Origin: Candidatus Poriferihabitaceae bacterium
GTDB lineage: Bacteria; Pseudomonadota; Gammaproteobacteria; Arenicellales; Poriferihabitantaceae
NCBI GenBank assembly: GCA_965249835.1
Contig: CBDFMY010000003.1
Location: forward strand, 1,249,979-1,313,978
Reading direction: 5' to 3'
Length of the DNA: 64,000 nt
Shown: positions 10,406 through 19,360 of the stretch, piece by piece
Layout of the letters: the number at the start of each line of letters is the position of its first letter
How positions within the stretch are numbered: position 1 is the stretch's first letter
Notes under the pieces: generated by a model
The model's input: the letters and a program-made list of their open reading frames with translations, nothing else
Databases searched by the model: none
What the model was told of the DNA's origin: nothing
Made by a program: the position numbers and the translations under genes

Positions 10406-10780
10406 TCAAAACGCGTCGCTAATCCAGTCGATGCGATAGTCGGGTGCGGTGCCGGTGATGGCAACCACATCGAAGCGACAGCCATCAAACGACAAGCCCG
10501 GTTGATGCTGCAAAAAATGCTCGCCGGTGCGCCGCAGTTTGCGCTGCTTGTCGGCATCAATGCTGGGTGCCGCTCCGCCGAAGTGGTCGGAACGCCGATA
10601 GCGAACTTCGACGAACACCAATTCCTGCTGATCAAACATCACCAGGTCCAACTCGCCCGACGAGCAACGGTAATTTTGTTCGTGCAATCGCAGACCGCGG
10701 GATTCGAGATAGGCAAGTGCCGCCTTTTCCGCATCAACACCGCGATGCAAATGGAGCGGCAAGGGCGCGTCACGATTCAT
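10406..10780 (-). CDS. yraN: YraN family (UPF0102) endonuclease-like protein
   Basis: GELDLVMFD...LVFVEVRYR motif. Start at MNRDAP overlaps the lpoA stop. Confidence 0.75.
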   Translation of the reverse strand: MNRDAPLPLHLHRGVDAEKAALAYLESRGLRLHEQNYRCSSGELDLVMFDQQELVFVEVRYRRSDHFGGAAPSIDADKQRKLRRTGEHFLQHQPGLSFDGCRFDVVAITGTAPDYRIDWISDAF

Positions 10781-13011
10781 TGGCCGGGCGTGGTTGAGGG
10801 AATGGTGGGCGGCAGCACCACCGGCAAGCCACGGGCGAACTGCGCCCAAGTGAGATGGCGCAGGACATTGCCATCGGCTTTCACGCCAAGGTCCATCGCC
10901 GCACCGAAATATCGCAGTTGCGGGTTGCGTCGCAAAGTATCAAGCGCGGGAATTACCTGATAACTCTCCAGACCCAGCGCATACAACCGGTCGAGGTCGG
11001 TGTGGTAATACGCTCCCGGCTCACGCCCGGGGGGCTGCACCGACCAAGATTCTGCTGACTCGGGTTCCGGCTGCGGCTGCGGCAAAACCGCGGCATCCAG
11101 TATCCAGTTCATGTCGCCGAAAATGATGCCGTCAAGGTCGGCATCAATCGCCGGATCGGGTTTGTCGTCATACACTTCGGAGGTGGCGTATAGCGCGAGA
11201 TCGTGGGCTTGATAAAACCGCAGTTGCGGCACAAGTTGCCGCGCCTGTTCGGCGTTGGCAGCGAGAAACAAAAAGTCAATGTCGTGCCGGCGGCGCGGCG
11301 TGAATTCCAGTTTGATGCCCAATCGTGCATCCAGAATGCGTTTGCGTTTGATGCTTTGGTCGAGGCCAAGCAGTTGTTGGATGATCCGGGGATGGTCGGA
11401 ACTGTCATCGGAAAAAGATGTGTCGTCCACCAGCGTCGCGCCGAGCAATTCCCACTGTTCGGCAAAAGCATCGGCGACCCGCTGACCCCAATGCGAATCG
11501 CTTCGGAAAATCCCCGCCTGGCGGTGGCCATCGGCAAACGCCCGCATCGCCACCTGTCGGGCTTCCTGCTCCGGCGACAGGCTGATGCCATACCAATTCG
11601 GTGCGCTTTGCGCTTCAGGGATGCTGCCGACCAACAGCACCGGCAGTGGCGGCGGCGCACCGGAGAGCAACGCATCCACCGCCCGCTGCCCCAGCGGTCC
11701 CACGATGAAATCCACGCCATCATTCACCGCGGCTCCATAATACAACGACACCAACTGCGGGTCTGTGCCGATGTCATACCAACTCACCGTGGGCAGGTCG
11801 CTCGCCGAGTCATCGTTGCGCGCCGCCATAAAGCCATCGTAAAACGCGTGTGCGGCTTCGCCGAATTTTGAGGTCAGCGGCAACAGCAGGGCGATGTGTC
11901 GGGGATGAGTAGCGACCGAATCGTCCGCCAGCAGATGCTGATTGAACAATCGTGGCGAAGCCGGATGCCCGGGATAGAGCGTGCGCCATTGCCGGATTGC
12001 CGCTATTCGCTCGGCAGGCGATTCGGATTGCAACACTTCACTCAGCGCGACCCAGCCGGATAAGATATCGCCAGCGGCATCGTCGTCGGGATTTTCCTGC
12101 AGCAGCAACCGACCGAGCGAATCCAGCGACTCGATCAAATCGAGAATGTGCCGCTGGTTGGCAACCCGCCCGGCCGGCTCCGGCAAGTTATCCAGTTGCA
12201 ACCGAGTCGCCACCGCCGCATCGTTGCGTCCCAGTGTTTGCTCGGAATCGGCGCGCAACCGCAACAGCCGGGCGCGGGTTTGCGCGCTCAGGCTGGGGGT
12301 TTGTTCGAGCGTGCGCAGCCATTCCAGAGCGTGCTCGTGCTGTCCCAGGGTCTGTACCAGATGCGCCTGATGGAGCATCAGACCATGCCGCTGAAAGTCC
12401 GCCATGGGCAGGTATTGCAAACGCACGATGAGGCTTTGCGCGGCGGCCGGTTGGTTCTGCCGGATAAATCCGTCAATGGCGCGCAACAGTAGCGGCACCG
12501 CTTGTTGTGGCGCAAGCGATTCCGCACGATTCGCCAGCATGCGGGGATCATCCTCGGCCACGGTAATCCCCGGTTCATCATTCAGCGCCTGGGCGATGGC
12601 TTGCTCCTCGTCCGGTTCCTCGGTTGGTTCCTTGGCCGGCTGGCTGGGCTGCGTGACCACTGGTTCATCATTCAGCGTCTGAGCGATGGCTTGCTCCTCG
12701 TCCGGTTCCTCGGTTGGTTTCTTGGCTGGCTGGCTGGGCTGCGTGACCACTGGTTCATCATTCAGCGCCTGAGCGATGGCTTGCTCCTCGTCCGGTTCCT
12801 CAGATGGTTCCTTGGCCGGCTGGCTGGGCTGCGTGACCACCGGCCGCTCGGTTATTTGCGGTGTAGTGGGCGGTGTAGTCGGCGGCGCAGTCGGCCAAGG
12901 CCCCGGCAGGGGAATGCAGGCGGCGACCAGCACCGACAGCAGTATGGCGGTGGCGGTGCGGCAAAGGGAAAGCGAAAGGGTTGCCGGCCGACGATCACCT
13001 CCGGCCGTCAT
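10777..13011 (-). CDS. lpoA: penicillin-binding protein activator LpoA
   Basis: Lipobox VLVAAC after MTAGGDRRP, TPR-like N domain, periplasmic-binding-protein-like C domain, divergent from rsmI. The ORF-track start at 13257 is considered too long. Confidence 0.75.
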   Translation of the reverse strand: MTAGGDRRPATLSLSLCRTATAILLSVLVAACIPLPGPWPTAPPTTPPTTPQITERPVVTQPSQPAKEPSEEPDEEQAIAQALNDEPVVTQPSQPAKKPTEEPDEEQAIAQTLNDEPVVTQPSQPAKEPTEEPDEEQAIAQALNDEPGITVAEDDPRMLANRAESLAPQQAVPLLLRAIDGFIRQNQPAAAQSLIVRLQYLPMADFQRHGLMLHQAHLVQTLGQHEHALEWLRTLEQTPSLSAQTRARLLRLRADSEQTLGRNDAAVATRLQLDNLPEPAGRVANQRHILDLIESLDSLGRLLLQENPDDDAAGDILSGWVALSEVLQSESPAERIAAIRQWRTLYPGHPASPRLFNQHLLADDSVATHPRHIALLLPLTSKFGEAAHAFYDGFMAARNDDSASDLPTVSWYDIGTDPQLVSLYYGAAVNDGVDFIVGPLGQRAVDALLSGAPPPLPVLLVGSIPEAQSAPNWYGISLSPEQEARQVAMRAFADGHRQAGIFRSDSHWGQRVADAFAEQWELLGATLVDDTSFSDDSSDHPRIIQQLLGLDQSIKRKRILDARLGIKLEFTPRRRHDIDFLFLAANAEQARQLVPQLRFYQAHDLALYATSEVYDDKPDPAIDADLDGIIFGDMNWILDAAVLPQPQPEPESAESWSVQPPGREPGAYYHTDLDRLYALGLESYQVIPALDTLRRNPQLRYFGAAMDLGVKADGNVLRHLTWAQFARGLPVVLPPTIPSTTPGQ
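12571..12840 (-). repeat. 3 x 90-bp in-frame tandem repeat inside lpoA
   Basis: Units 12571-12660, 12661-12750, 12751-12840. Each encodes EPVVTQPSQPAKEPTEEPDEEQAIAQALND with a few substitutions. Confidence 0.95.
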
Positions 13012-13081
13012 GGGGCATTCTTCGCCGGAGCAAGACCGTGATAGATTGGCGTCCATGGCGACAAGTATACGAGACCTTCGC

Positions 13082-13942
13082 ATGAACGGCAAAACCGCAA
13101 CCACCGAAAGTGGAACACTGTTCATCGTCGCAACCCCCATCGGAAACCTCGGGGACATCACCCTGCGGGCCATCGATGTGTTGACGCGGGTTGATTTAAT
13201 TCTCGCGGAAGACACCCGACGCGCGGCGATTTTGTTGCGCCATCTGAACATCCGCACGCCGGTGAAGTCGTTTCACCGGGACAACGAAGCCGCGCGCCTG
13301 ACCTCGGTGCTACGGCAACTCGGCGATGGCGCGCAAATCGCGCTTATCAGCGATGCTGGCACGCCGCTGATTAGCGACCCGGGTTATCCGCTGGTGCAAC
13401 AAGCCAGAGAACGCGGCATCACCGTAACCCCGGTGCCGGGCCCAAGCGCCCTGATTGCGGCGTTGTCGGCATCGGGATGTCGCGCCGACCGCTTTTGCTT
13501 TGAAGGATTTCTGCTGGCAAAAGCCGAAGGACGCCGCCGACGTTTGCAGGAATTGAAAGGCGAGACCCGCACGTTGGTATTGTATGAATCCAGCCACCGC
13601 ATCAGCGCAACCCTGGCCGCCATCTCGACAACGCTCGGCGGCCATAGAATGCTCACCGTGGCGCGCGAAATCAGCAAAAAATTCGAGACGTTTTACTGCG
13701 GCACGGTGACGGAAGTAATGCAAACCATCGCCGCCGATGCCCGCCATCGCAAGGGCGAATTCGTACTCGTTCTAAGCGGCGCAACCGAACCCGAAGCCGA
13801 CCACGAACGTGCGGTGGAAATCATGGAATTGTTGAGCACGGAAATGCCCCTGAAACGCGCCAGCAAAATCGCCGCACGCCTTCTTCCTGAAAACAGCAAC
13901 GAATTGTATGCGCTTGGGCTTGAGATTAAGCGAAAGGCTTAA
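13082..13942 (+). CDS. rsmI: 16S rRNA (cytidine1402-2'-O)-methyltransferase RsmI
   Basis: GTLFIVATPIGNLGDITLRA tetrapyrrole-methylase-like N-terminus. Start 13082 (or 13055); the ORF-track start 12776 overlaps lpoA. Confidence 0.85.
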   Translation: MNGKTATTESGTLFIVATPIGNLGDITLRAIDVLTRVDLILAEDTRRAAILLRHLNIRTPVKSFHRDNEAARLTSVLRQLGDGAQIALISDAGTPLISDPGYPLVQQARERGITVTPVPGPSALIAALSASGCRADRFCFEGFLLAKAEGRRRRLQELKGETRTLVLYESSHRISATLAAISTTLGGHRMLTVAREISKKFETFYCGTVTEVMQTIAADARHRKGEFVLVLSGATEPEADHERAVEIMELLSTEMPLKRASKIAARLLPENSNELYALGLEIKRKA

Positions 13943-14175
13943 TTGCGCTTGCTTATTTTGCGCGTATCATCCCTGATACGCGCCCTTCGGGCTCGCTTCG
14001 CTCGCGCCAATCAATTCATGGCGCTCCCGGCGATTTTTTCCGCCATGGTTTATTACGCCGTATAGTGTTGCGTTGCTGCTTATCCGCTTAATGTAGGCGC
14101 GCTCCACCGCTCCTTGCGCGCCTTGCCTGACGAAAAATAATCTGCGCTCAATGTCGCTTGCCTATCAACGAAAAT
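13942..14175. repeat. family-B MITE-like element carrying a nested family-A element
   Basis: ATTGCGCTTGCTTATTTT | family A | CCGCCATGG...CTTAATGTAGGCGCGCTCCACCGCTCCTTGCGCGCCTTGCCTGACGAAAA. Uninterrupted B copies occur at 48495, 54231, 56141, 58504 and 45354 (reverse). Confidence 0.85.
13960..14039 (+). repeat. family-A 80-bp structured repeat, copy 1
   Basis: GCGCGTATCAtcccTGATACGCGC (perfect 10-bp stem) + GCCCttcgGGGC + ...GGCGATTTTTT. Near-identical copies at 54369, 54718 and 58643 (reverse). Confidence 0.9.
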
Positions 14176-14267
14176 GCGGCGCGCAATGGCGGCGAAAAGG
14201 CAAGCACAATTCACCGCTGACATCTTATAATCCTTAACACACCACGAATCGCCATCGAGAAAAAACC

Positions 14268-14807
14268 GTGAAACATTTCCTTCTCATTGCCATGTTGTTC
14301 GCCAGCCCAATTCGTGCCGACCAGAACCTGCCGGTGCTGGACGAATTGTTTGCGTTGCTGAACGGTGCGCTTGAGGCGGAAACGGCGGTGGCGGTTACGC
14401 GAGAAATTTGGGCGGCGTGGTTGCAACACGATGATGAACAGGTGCGCGCGTTGATGGATGCCGGTATGCGCGACATGAATAGCCAACGCTGGCACGATGC
14501 GCTGGCGCAATTTGATGCGGTGATTGGTCGCGCGCCGGATTTTTCCGAGGCGTGGAACAAACGCGCAACGGTGTATTACCTGATGGGCGACTTCGCCGCA
14601 TCATCCGCCGATGTGGTCGAAACATTGCGCCTTGAGCCGCGCCATTTCGGTGCGCTTGCCGGGCAAGGGATGATGCACTTACAGGAAAAAAATTGGGAGT
14701 TGGCGTTGCTGTATTTTCGTCGTGCGCTGAGCGCAAACCCGCACATGGATAATATTCGGCAATATGTTGAATTGCTGTCGCGGATGCAGAAACAAAAGAC
14801 AATTTAG
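14268..14807 (+). CDS. secreted TPR-repeat protein
   Basis: Signal peptide MKHFLLIAMLFASPIRA. TPR-like repeats (WNKRATVYYLMGDF..., ALAGQGMMHLQEKNW...). Confidence 0.6.
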   Translation: MKHFLLIAMLFASPIRADQNLPVLDELFALLNGALEAETAVAVTREIWAAWLQHDDEQVRALMDAGMRDMNSQRWHDALAQFDAVIGRAPDFSEAWNKRATVYYLMGDFAASSADVVETLRLEPRHFGALAGQGMMHLQEKNWELALLYFRRALSANPHMDNIRQYVELLSRMQKQKTI

Positions 14808-14857
14808 TTGCGTCGTATCCCTTTGGTCGGTTGCCTGATTTTATAAATGCTTTGCCA

Positions 14858-15286
14858 ATGCTCTTACCAATGCTCTGGATCAAATCTTTTCATATTCTAT
14901 TTATGGTTACCTGGTTCGCCGGGTTGTTTTATCTGCCGCGCCTGTATGTCTATCACGCTCAGGCAAGCGACCCGATTGGTATCGCGCGGTTCAAGGTAAT
15001 GGAGCGCAAACTTTTCTGGGGCATCATGACCCCAAGCGCGGTGCTGACCATCGGGTTCGGTGCGTGGCTGTGGACTATCTACGGATTTTCCGGGCGCTGG
15101 CTGGTGCTGAAGTTGTTATTGGTGGCGATGGTGATCGCTTATCACATCTGGTGCTACCTGAAACTCAACGATTTCCTCCACGACCGAAACCGTCACGGCT
15201 CGGTCTATTATCGCTGGATGAACGAAGCGCCGGTATTGCTACTCGCCGGAATTATTCTATTGGCGGTGGTCAAACCGCTCGGCTGA
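14858..15286 (+). CDS. hemJ: protoporphyrinogen IX oxidase HemJ
   Basis: About 143 aa, 4 TM. WIKSFHILFMVTWFAGLFYLPRLYVYH is the HemJ signature. Confidence 0.8.
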   Translation: MLLPMLWIKSFHILFMVTWFAGLFYLPRLYVYHAQASDPIGIARFKVMERKLFWGIMTPSAVLTIGFGAWLWTIYGFSGRWLVLKLLLVAMVIAYHIWCYLKLNDFLHDRNRHGSVYYRWMNEAPVLLLAGIILLAVVKPLG

Positions 15287-15294
15287 ATCGTTCG

Positions 15295-16335
15295 TTAGGA
15301 CGCGTGGTTATGTTCGGCTTTTGGATCCCGCGCCAGTAAATCCCGCACCGCGCTTTTGGGGTCGTGTCCCTGATGCAAAACTCGATACACCTGCTCGGTG
15401 ATGGGCATTTCCACGCCCAGTTCACGGCTCATCGAATAAAGTTCGCGGGCGGTGTTGATGCCTTCAATTGCCTGACCGATTTCCCGACACATGCGCTCGC
15501 GCGATTTGCCTTGCCCGATGCCTAGCCCGAAGCGTCGATTGCGCGATTGGTCATCGGTGCAGGTCAAGATTAAATCTCCGACCCCGGCCAGGCCGGTGAA
15601 GGTGTCGGCGCGGCCGCCGCGTGCGACCCCGAGCCGCGTCAGTTCGGCCAGGCCGCGCGTGATTAACGCGGCCCGGGCGTTGGCGCCAAAACCGAGACCG
15701 TCGCTGATTCCGGCGGCGATTGCCATGACGTTTTTAATCGCGCCGCCGAGTTGCACGCCGATCAGGTCATCGCTGAAATAAACCCGCGTGGTGGGGTTGC
15801 GAAACCAGTCAGCCAGCGATTCCGCGGTGCTTTGTTCGGCACATGCCAGGGTCAATGCGGTAGGCAGTCCACTCGCCATCTCGCCGGCGAAACTTGGCCC
15901 GGAGATGACCGTGTGCGCCGCGTGCGCACCGCCGCCAAAAATGTCATCCACCACTTCGCCGGGTAATTGCCCGCCGCGGTCGAAACCTTTGGTGCCCCAG
16001 ATCAGGGTGGCGGCATCTGCCGAATGTCCGGCGGCGATGATGCTGCGGTGAAGCGCGGTTAGCGTCTCGCGAAACGCGTGGCTGGGAACCGCCACCACGA
16101 AAGCAAGGTCATCGTTCGCCAAAGCATCAAAGTCAGTTTCGACTTTGAGGTTGGCCGGAAATTCCAGACCGGGCAGGTAGCGTTGATTGCAACGCCGCCG
16201 TGCCATCTCTTCCATTTGCGCGATGTTCCGACCCCACAGCCGCACATGGTTGATGTTGTCGGCCAGCGCCATCGCCAGTGCCGTGCCCCACGACCCGGCA
16301 CCGACCACGCAAACCGATTCCGGGAGGGTAGTCAT
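15295..16335 (-). CDS. gpsA: NAD(P)H-dependent glycerol-3-phosphate dehydrogenase
   Basis: VVGAGSWGTALA Rossmann motif, 346 aa, secB-gpsA synteny. Confidence 0.9.
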   Translation of the reverse strand: MTTLPESVCVVGAGSWGTALAMALADNINHVRLWGRNIAQMEEMARRRCNQRYLPGLEFPANLKVETDFDALANDDLAFVVAVPSHAFRETLTALHRSIIAAGHSADAATLIWGTKGFDRGGQLPGEVVDDIFGGGAHAAHTVISGPSFAGEMASGLPTALTLACAEQSTAESLADWFRNPTTRVYFSDDLIGVQLGGAIKNVMAIAAGISDGLGFGANARAALITRGLAELTRLGVARGGRADTFTGLAGVGDLILTCTDDQSRNRRFGLGIGQGKSRERMCREIGQAIEGINTARELYSMSRELGVEMPITEQVYRVLHQGHDPKSAVRDLLARDPKAEHNHAS

Positions 16336-16370
16336 GACCGAGCAAGCAGAAGGGCGCGAGACGCCCGGTT

Positions 16371-16901
16371 TTAGTTTGGCCGGGTTGCCCCGGAGGGCGG
16401 GGCGCTGCGCGCTTCCTTGGCTTTTTTCTGGTGGTATAACGCCTGAAAATTGATCGGACTGAGCAGCAGTTGCGGGAAGCCGCCCTTGGAAATCAGGCTT
16501 GCCATGGCCTCGCGCGCAAACGGAAGCAGGACATGCGGGCAGGCGGTTTCCAGTATCGCTTCGATGTTTGCGGCATCAATATTGGTGGCGGTACTCTGGG
16601 TGATTTGGAAAATGCCGGCTTGCTGAACTTCGGCGAGGAACAAGTTCTGTTTTTCGTGGGCGGCGGTCACGGTGGTGTTCAGCACCACCTCGTAAAAATC
16701 CTGACCCTCTTCGATGCGCTGGTGGGTCATGGTCATCTGCACATCCAGCGTCGGGTTGATTTCACCTTTGGCAAAAATCTGCGGGCTTGCCGGCGATTCA
16801 AACGAAGCGTCCTTTAAATACACCTTCTTCGCTTCGATGATCGAGCGATTGTTGGTGTGGCCGGGTCCGCTAGCCTGCGCGGGTTTTTCATTCTGGGACA
16901 T
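16371..16901 (-). CDS. secB: protein-export chaperone SecB
   Basis: 176 aa. KVYLKDASFESP, LLPFAREAMASLISKGGFPQLLLSPINF. Confidence 0.9.
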   Translation of the reverse strand: MSQNEKPAQASGPGHTNNRSIIEAKKVYLKDASFESPASPQIFAKGEINPTLDVQMTMTHQRIEEGQDFYEVVLNTTVTAAHEKQNLFLAEVQQAGIFQITQSTATNIDAANIEAILETACPHVLLPFAREAMASLISKGGFPQLLLSPINFQALYHQKKAKEARSAPPSGATRPN

Positions 16902-16907
16902 GACGAA

Positions 16908-17315
16908 TCAGCCTTTTACCAGCGGCAGGTTTTCTTTTTTCCATGCGGCGAGGCCGCCCTCGAGAACATACAGTTGTTTGAATTCTTTGCCGCGCAGGAT
17001 GGACACCGCCTTGGCCGAGCGCGTGCCGTTCTGGCAGGCGATGATGATCGGTTTGTTTTTGTGTTTGTTGAGTTTGGAGATTTTGTCGTTGATTTGATCG
17101 AAGGGCAGGTTGATGGCTTGCTCAATGTGTCCTTTCTTAAATGCCTCCGCCTCGCACACATCCACCACCACCGCGGACTCGCGGTTTTGCAGTTTTGGCA
17201 ATTGCAGGGGAGAAACTTTCTGCGCGTTGCCGCCGGGATTGAGCGACAGCAACAGCACAATCACCGCCAGCATCACGAACAAATACCAGTTCTGGGAAAC
17301 GAATTCGAGAATCAT
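16908..17315 (-). CDS. rhodanese-domain membrane protein (YibN-like)
   Basis: N-terminal TM, rhodanese fold with active-site loop IIACQNGTRS, upstream of secB as yibN is in E. coli. Confidence 0.7.
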   Translation of the reverse strand: MILEFVSQNWYLFVMLAVIVLLLSLNPGGNAQKVSPLQLPKLQNRESAVVVDVCEAEAFKKGHIEQAINLPFDQINDKISKLNKHKNKPIIIACQNGTRSAKAVSILRGKEFKQLYVLEGGLAAWKKENLPLVKG

Positions 17316-17626
17316 TAACTTGAGTTTGGAGCGCCTGCGCAAAGCGGCGATTCTACCCCAACGGCGTAGTCGCTGACAACCGAGCGGATTATAATTTCGC
17401 TCATTTCACCGCGGTGTTTCGGTCAAAACCGGCGAAGGAATCGGCGAAGTGGGTTCCACCGGTGGCTTGCCCGCCCCGGCTTGTATTTCGAAATCCGACA
17501 CAATAATGGTGAACCCCAGTGGTGAACCATGGGTCCGCCGGAATGGTGCCGGATGTAGTTGCGGCGGCTGCCTTTTCCACCCACTGCGCATCGCATCGTT
17601 GCAAATTTGGGTATAGTATTCTCCTG

Positions 17627-18985
17627 ATGAAACTGAAATCTATTTTGCCGCTGCCGCTATTCCTGCTATTGAGCGGGTTGCTGTTTGGCAGCGTAACTTT
17701 CGCCGATGACACGAAATCTGGCGAGCAGCCGTTGCCGCTGGATGAACTGCGGTTATTCACCGAGGTGTTCGGAAAAATAAAAAGCGCATATGTCGACAAG
17801 GCAGATGATGAGACGCTGTTGCGGGATGCGATTCAGGGTATGCTGGCGGGGCTTGATCCACATTCGTTTTTTCTGGATGCGGAAGCGTTTCGCGAGATGC
17901 GGATGTCCAGCGAAGGAAAGTTCAACGGGCTTGGTCTGGAAATCGCCATTGAAGACGGGCTCATCCGGGTAATCGCGCCCATTGATGACACGCCGGCCCA
18001 GCGTGCCGGTATTCAGCCCGGCGACCTGATTATCATGCTGGACGGCGTGTCGGCACAGGGTATGGGGTTGCCGGATGCGCTGGAAGGCATGCGCGGCCCG
18101 CCGGGTTCGGAAGTGGTTCTGACCATTTCCCGCGGCGACAACGAAGTGTTTGATGTTAAGTTGGTGCGCGCCCTCATCGAGGTGGCCGAGGTCAAAAGCG
18201 AAATGCTCGAAGCCGGATTCGGCTACATTCGCATCGCCAGTTTCCAGAACGACACCGGCGCGAACTTGCGCGATGGCATCGAACAACTGGAACAGCAAAA
18301 CGGCGGCGCGCTCAAAGGTCTGGTGCTGGACTTGCGCAACAATCCCGGGGGCGTGTTGCATGGTGCGGCGGATGTCAGCGATGCGTTTCTCAACTCCGGG
18401 CTGATCGTATCCACCCGCGGGCGCAACGCCGATGCCAACCATAGTTTCCGCGCAACCAGCGATGACCTGATCGATGATGCGCCGGTGGTGGTGCTGGTCA
18501 ATGGCGGTTCCGCATCGGCATCAGAAATCGTTGCCGGTGCGTTGCAGGATCACAAGCGTGCGATCATCATGGGAACGCGCACCTTCGGCAAGGGCTCGGT
18601 GCAGACTGTGATTCCTATCGACAACGGCGGCGCATTGAAACTCACCACGGCGCGCTACTACACGCCATCCAACCGCTCAATTCAGGCGCGGGGCATCGTC
18701 CCCGACATCATCATTGAAGCGCGGGAGCCAGCCACAACCGAGCCGAGCGAGCGGGAAATCCGCGAGGCCGACCTGGCCGGTCATTTGCCAAACGACCGCG
18801 CCGGCGATGCCGCAGGCGATGATAAAACCGACTCCTCGGATTTGGCGAAGCGGGAGACGCGGGCCAAGAGGGATTACCAGGTGGGCGAAGCACTTAACCT
18901 ATTGAAGGGTATGAGTCTGGTGCGACTGCGCGGGCAAGAGGGCATTCAACCCGCCCCGGCGCCTGGCGTTTCCGGGGAAGGGTAG
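17627..18985 (+). CDS. carboxy-terminal processing peptidase, family S41
   Basis: Signal peptide MKLKSILPLPLFLLLSG, PDZ region (GLGLEI...GDLIIMLDG), GGSASASEIVAGALQD, TFGKGSVQ. Confidence 0.85.
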   Translation: MKLKSILPLPLFLLLSGLLFGSVTFADDTKSGEQPLPLDELRLFTEVFGKIKSAYVDKADDETLLRDAIQGMLAGLDPHSFFLDAEAFREMRMSSEGKFNGLGLEIAIEDGLIRVIAPIDDTPAQRAGIQPGDLIIMLDGVSAQGMGLPDALEGMRGPPGSEVVLTISRGDNEVFDVKLVRALIEVAEVKSEMLEAGFGYIRIASFQNDTGANLRDGIEQLEQQNGGALKGLVLDLRNNPGGVLHGAADVSDAFLNSGLIVSTRGRNADANHSFRATSDDLIDDAPVVVLVNGGSASASEIVAGALQDHKRAIIMGTRTFGKGSVQTVIPIDNGGALKLTTARYYTPSNRSIQARGIVPDIIIEAREPATTEPSEREIREADLAGHLPNDRAGDAAGDDKTDSSDLAKRETRAKRDYQVGEALNLLKGMSLVRLRGQEGIQPAPAPGVSGEG

Positions 18986-19003
18986 TCGGCGGCAATCTTT
19001 CGA

Positions 19004-19228
19004 TCAGGGTGGGCTTTTACTGCGTGCCGCCGATTGCGCTTTGCGTCCTTGTCGGCGGCGGCGAAACCACAACACGATGGACAGGTAGCCGCGTCGCGCC
19101 CAGATAAAATCCAGAGACAGCACCAGCAGTCCGAGGGGCACCATCCAGAATCCGAGAATCGGCAGGGCTCCCAGCAGCCCGCCCAGTATCAACAGAATTC
19201 CGAAGATGATTCGCACGGTTGATGGCAT
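19004..19228 (-). CDS. small membrane protein (PGPGW-like), hypothetical
   Basis: 74 aa, two hydrophobic helices, basic tail. Weak family assignment. Confidence 0.35.
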   Translation of the reverse strand: MPSTVRIIFGILLILGGLLGALPILGFWMVPLGLLVLSLDFIWARRGYLSIVLWFRRRRQGRKAQSAARSKSPP

Positions 19229-19360
19229 CGACCGGAATGGTCGTATGATGAGTTTCAGGCGGCGGTGCAACTGCGGGAGTTCTCCAGTATGGTTGGCTGC
19301 GCTATGATTGCGATTGGCGAATGATGCTTTTTCATGATGCTTTGACGGGTTCCGAATGTT

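Noticed and set aside
12776-13081. ORF-track extension of rsmI (388 aa), and likewise N-terminal extensions of lpoA (to 13257), yidC (46607), ftsI (60741), rsmH (59463), ctpA-like (17519), xerC (20903) and parA-like (57059).
   Set aside because: The extensions overlap upstream genes or precede obvious signal peptides, lipoboxes or conserved N-termini. Internal ATG starts fit the family N-termini.
13942-14175. Whether the interspersed repeats (13.9, 45.1-45.9, 48.5, 54.2-54.9, 56.1-56.3, 58.5-58.9 kb) could be a CRISPR array.
   Set aside because: The copies are dispersed over 45 kb, have irregular spacing and mixed orientation, and are 80-150 bp long. There is no repeat-spacer periodicity and no cas genes.
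17520-17590. Resemblance of GGTGCCGGATGTAGTTGCGGCGGC to the 3' part of SRP (4.5S) RNA.
   Set aside because: The hallmark domain IV sequence (GGAAGCAGCC-type symmetric loop) is absent upstream. Only a short GC-rich similarity remains.
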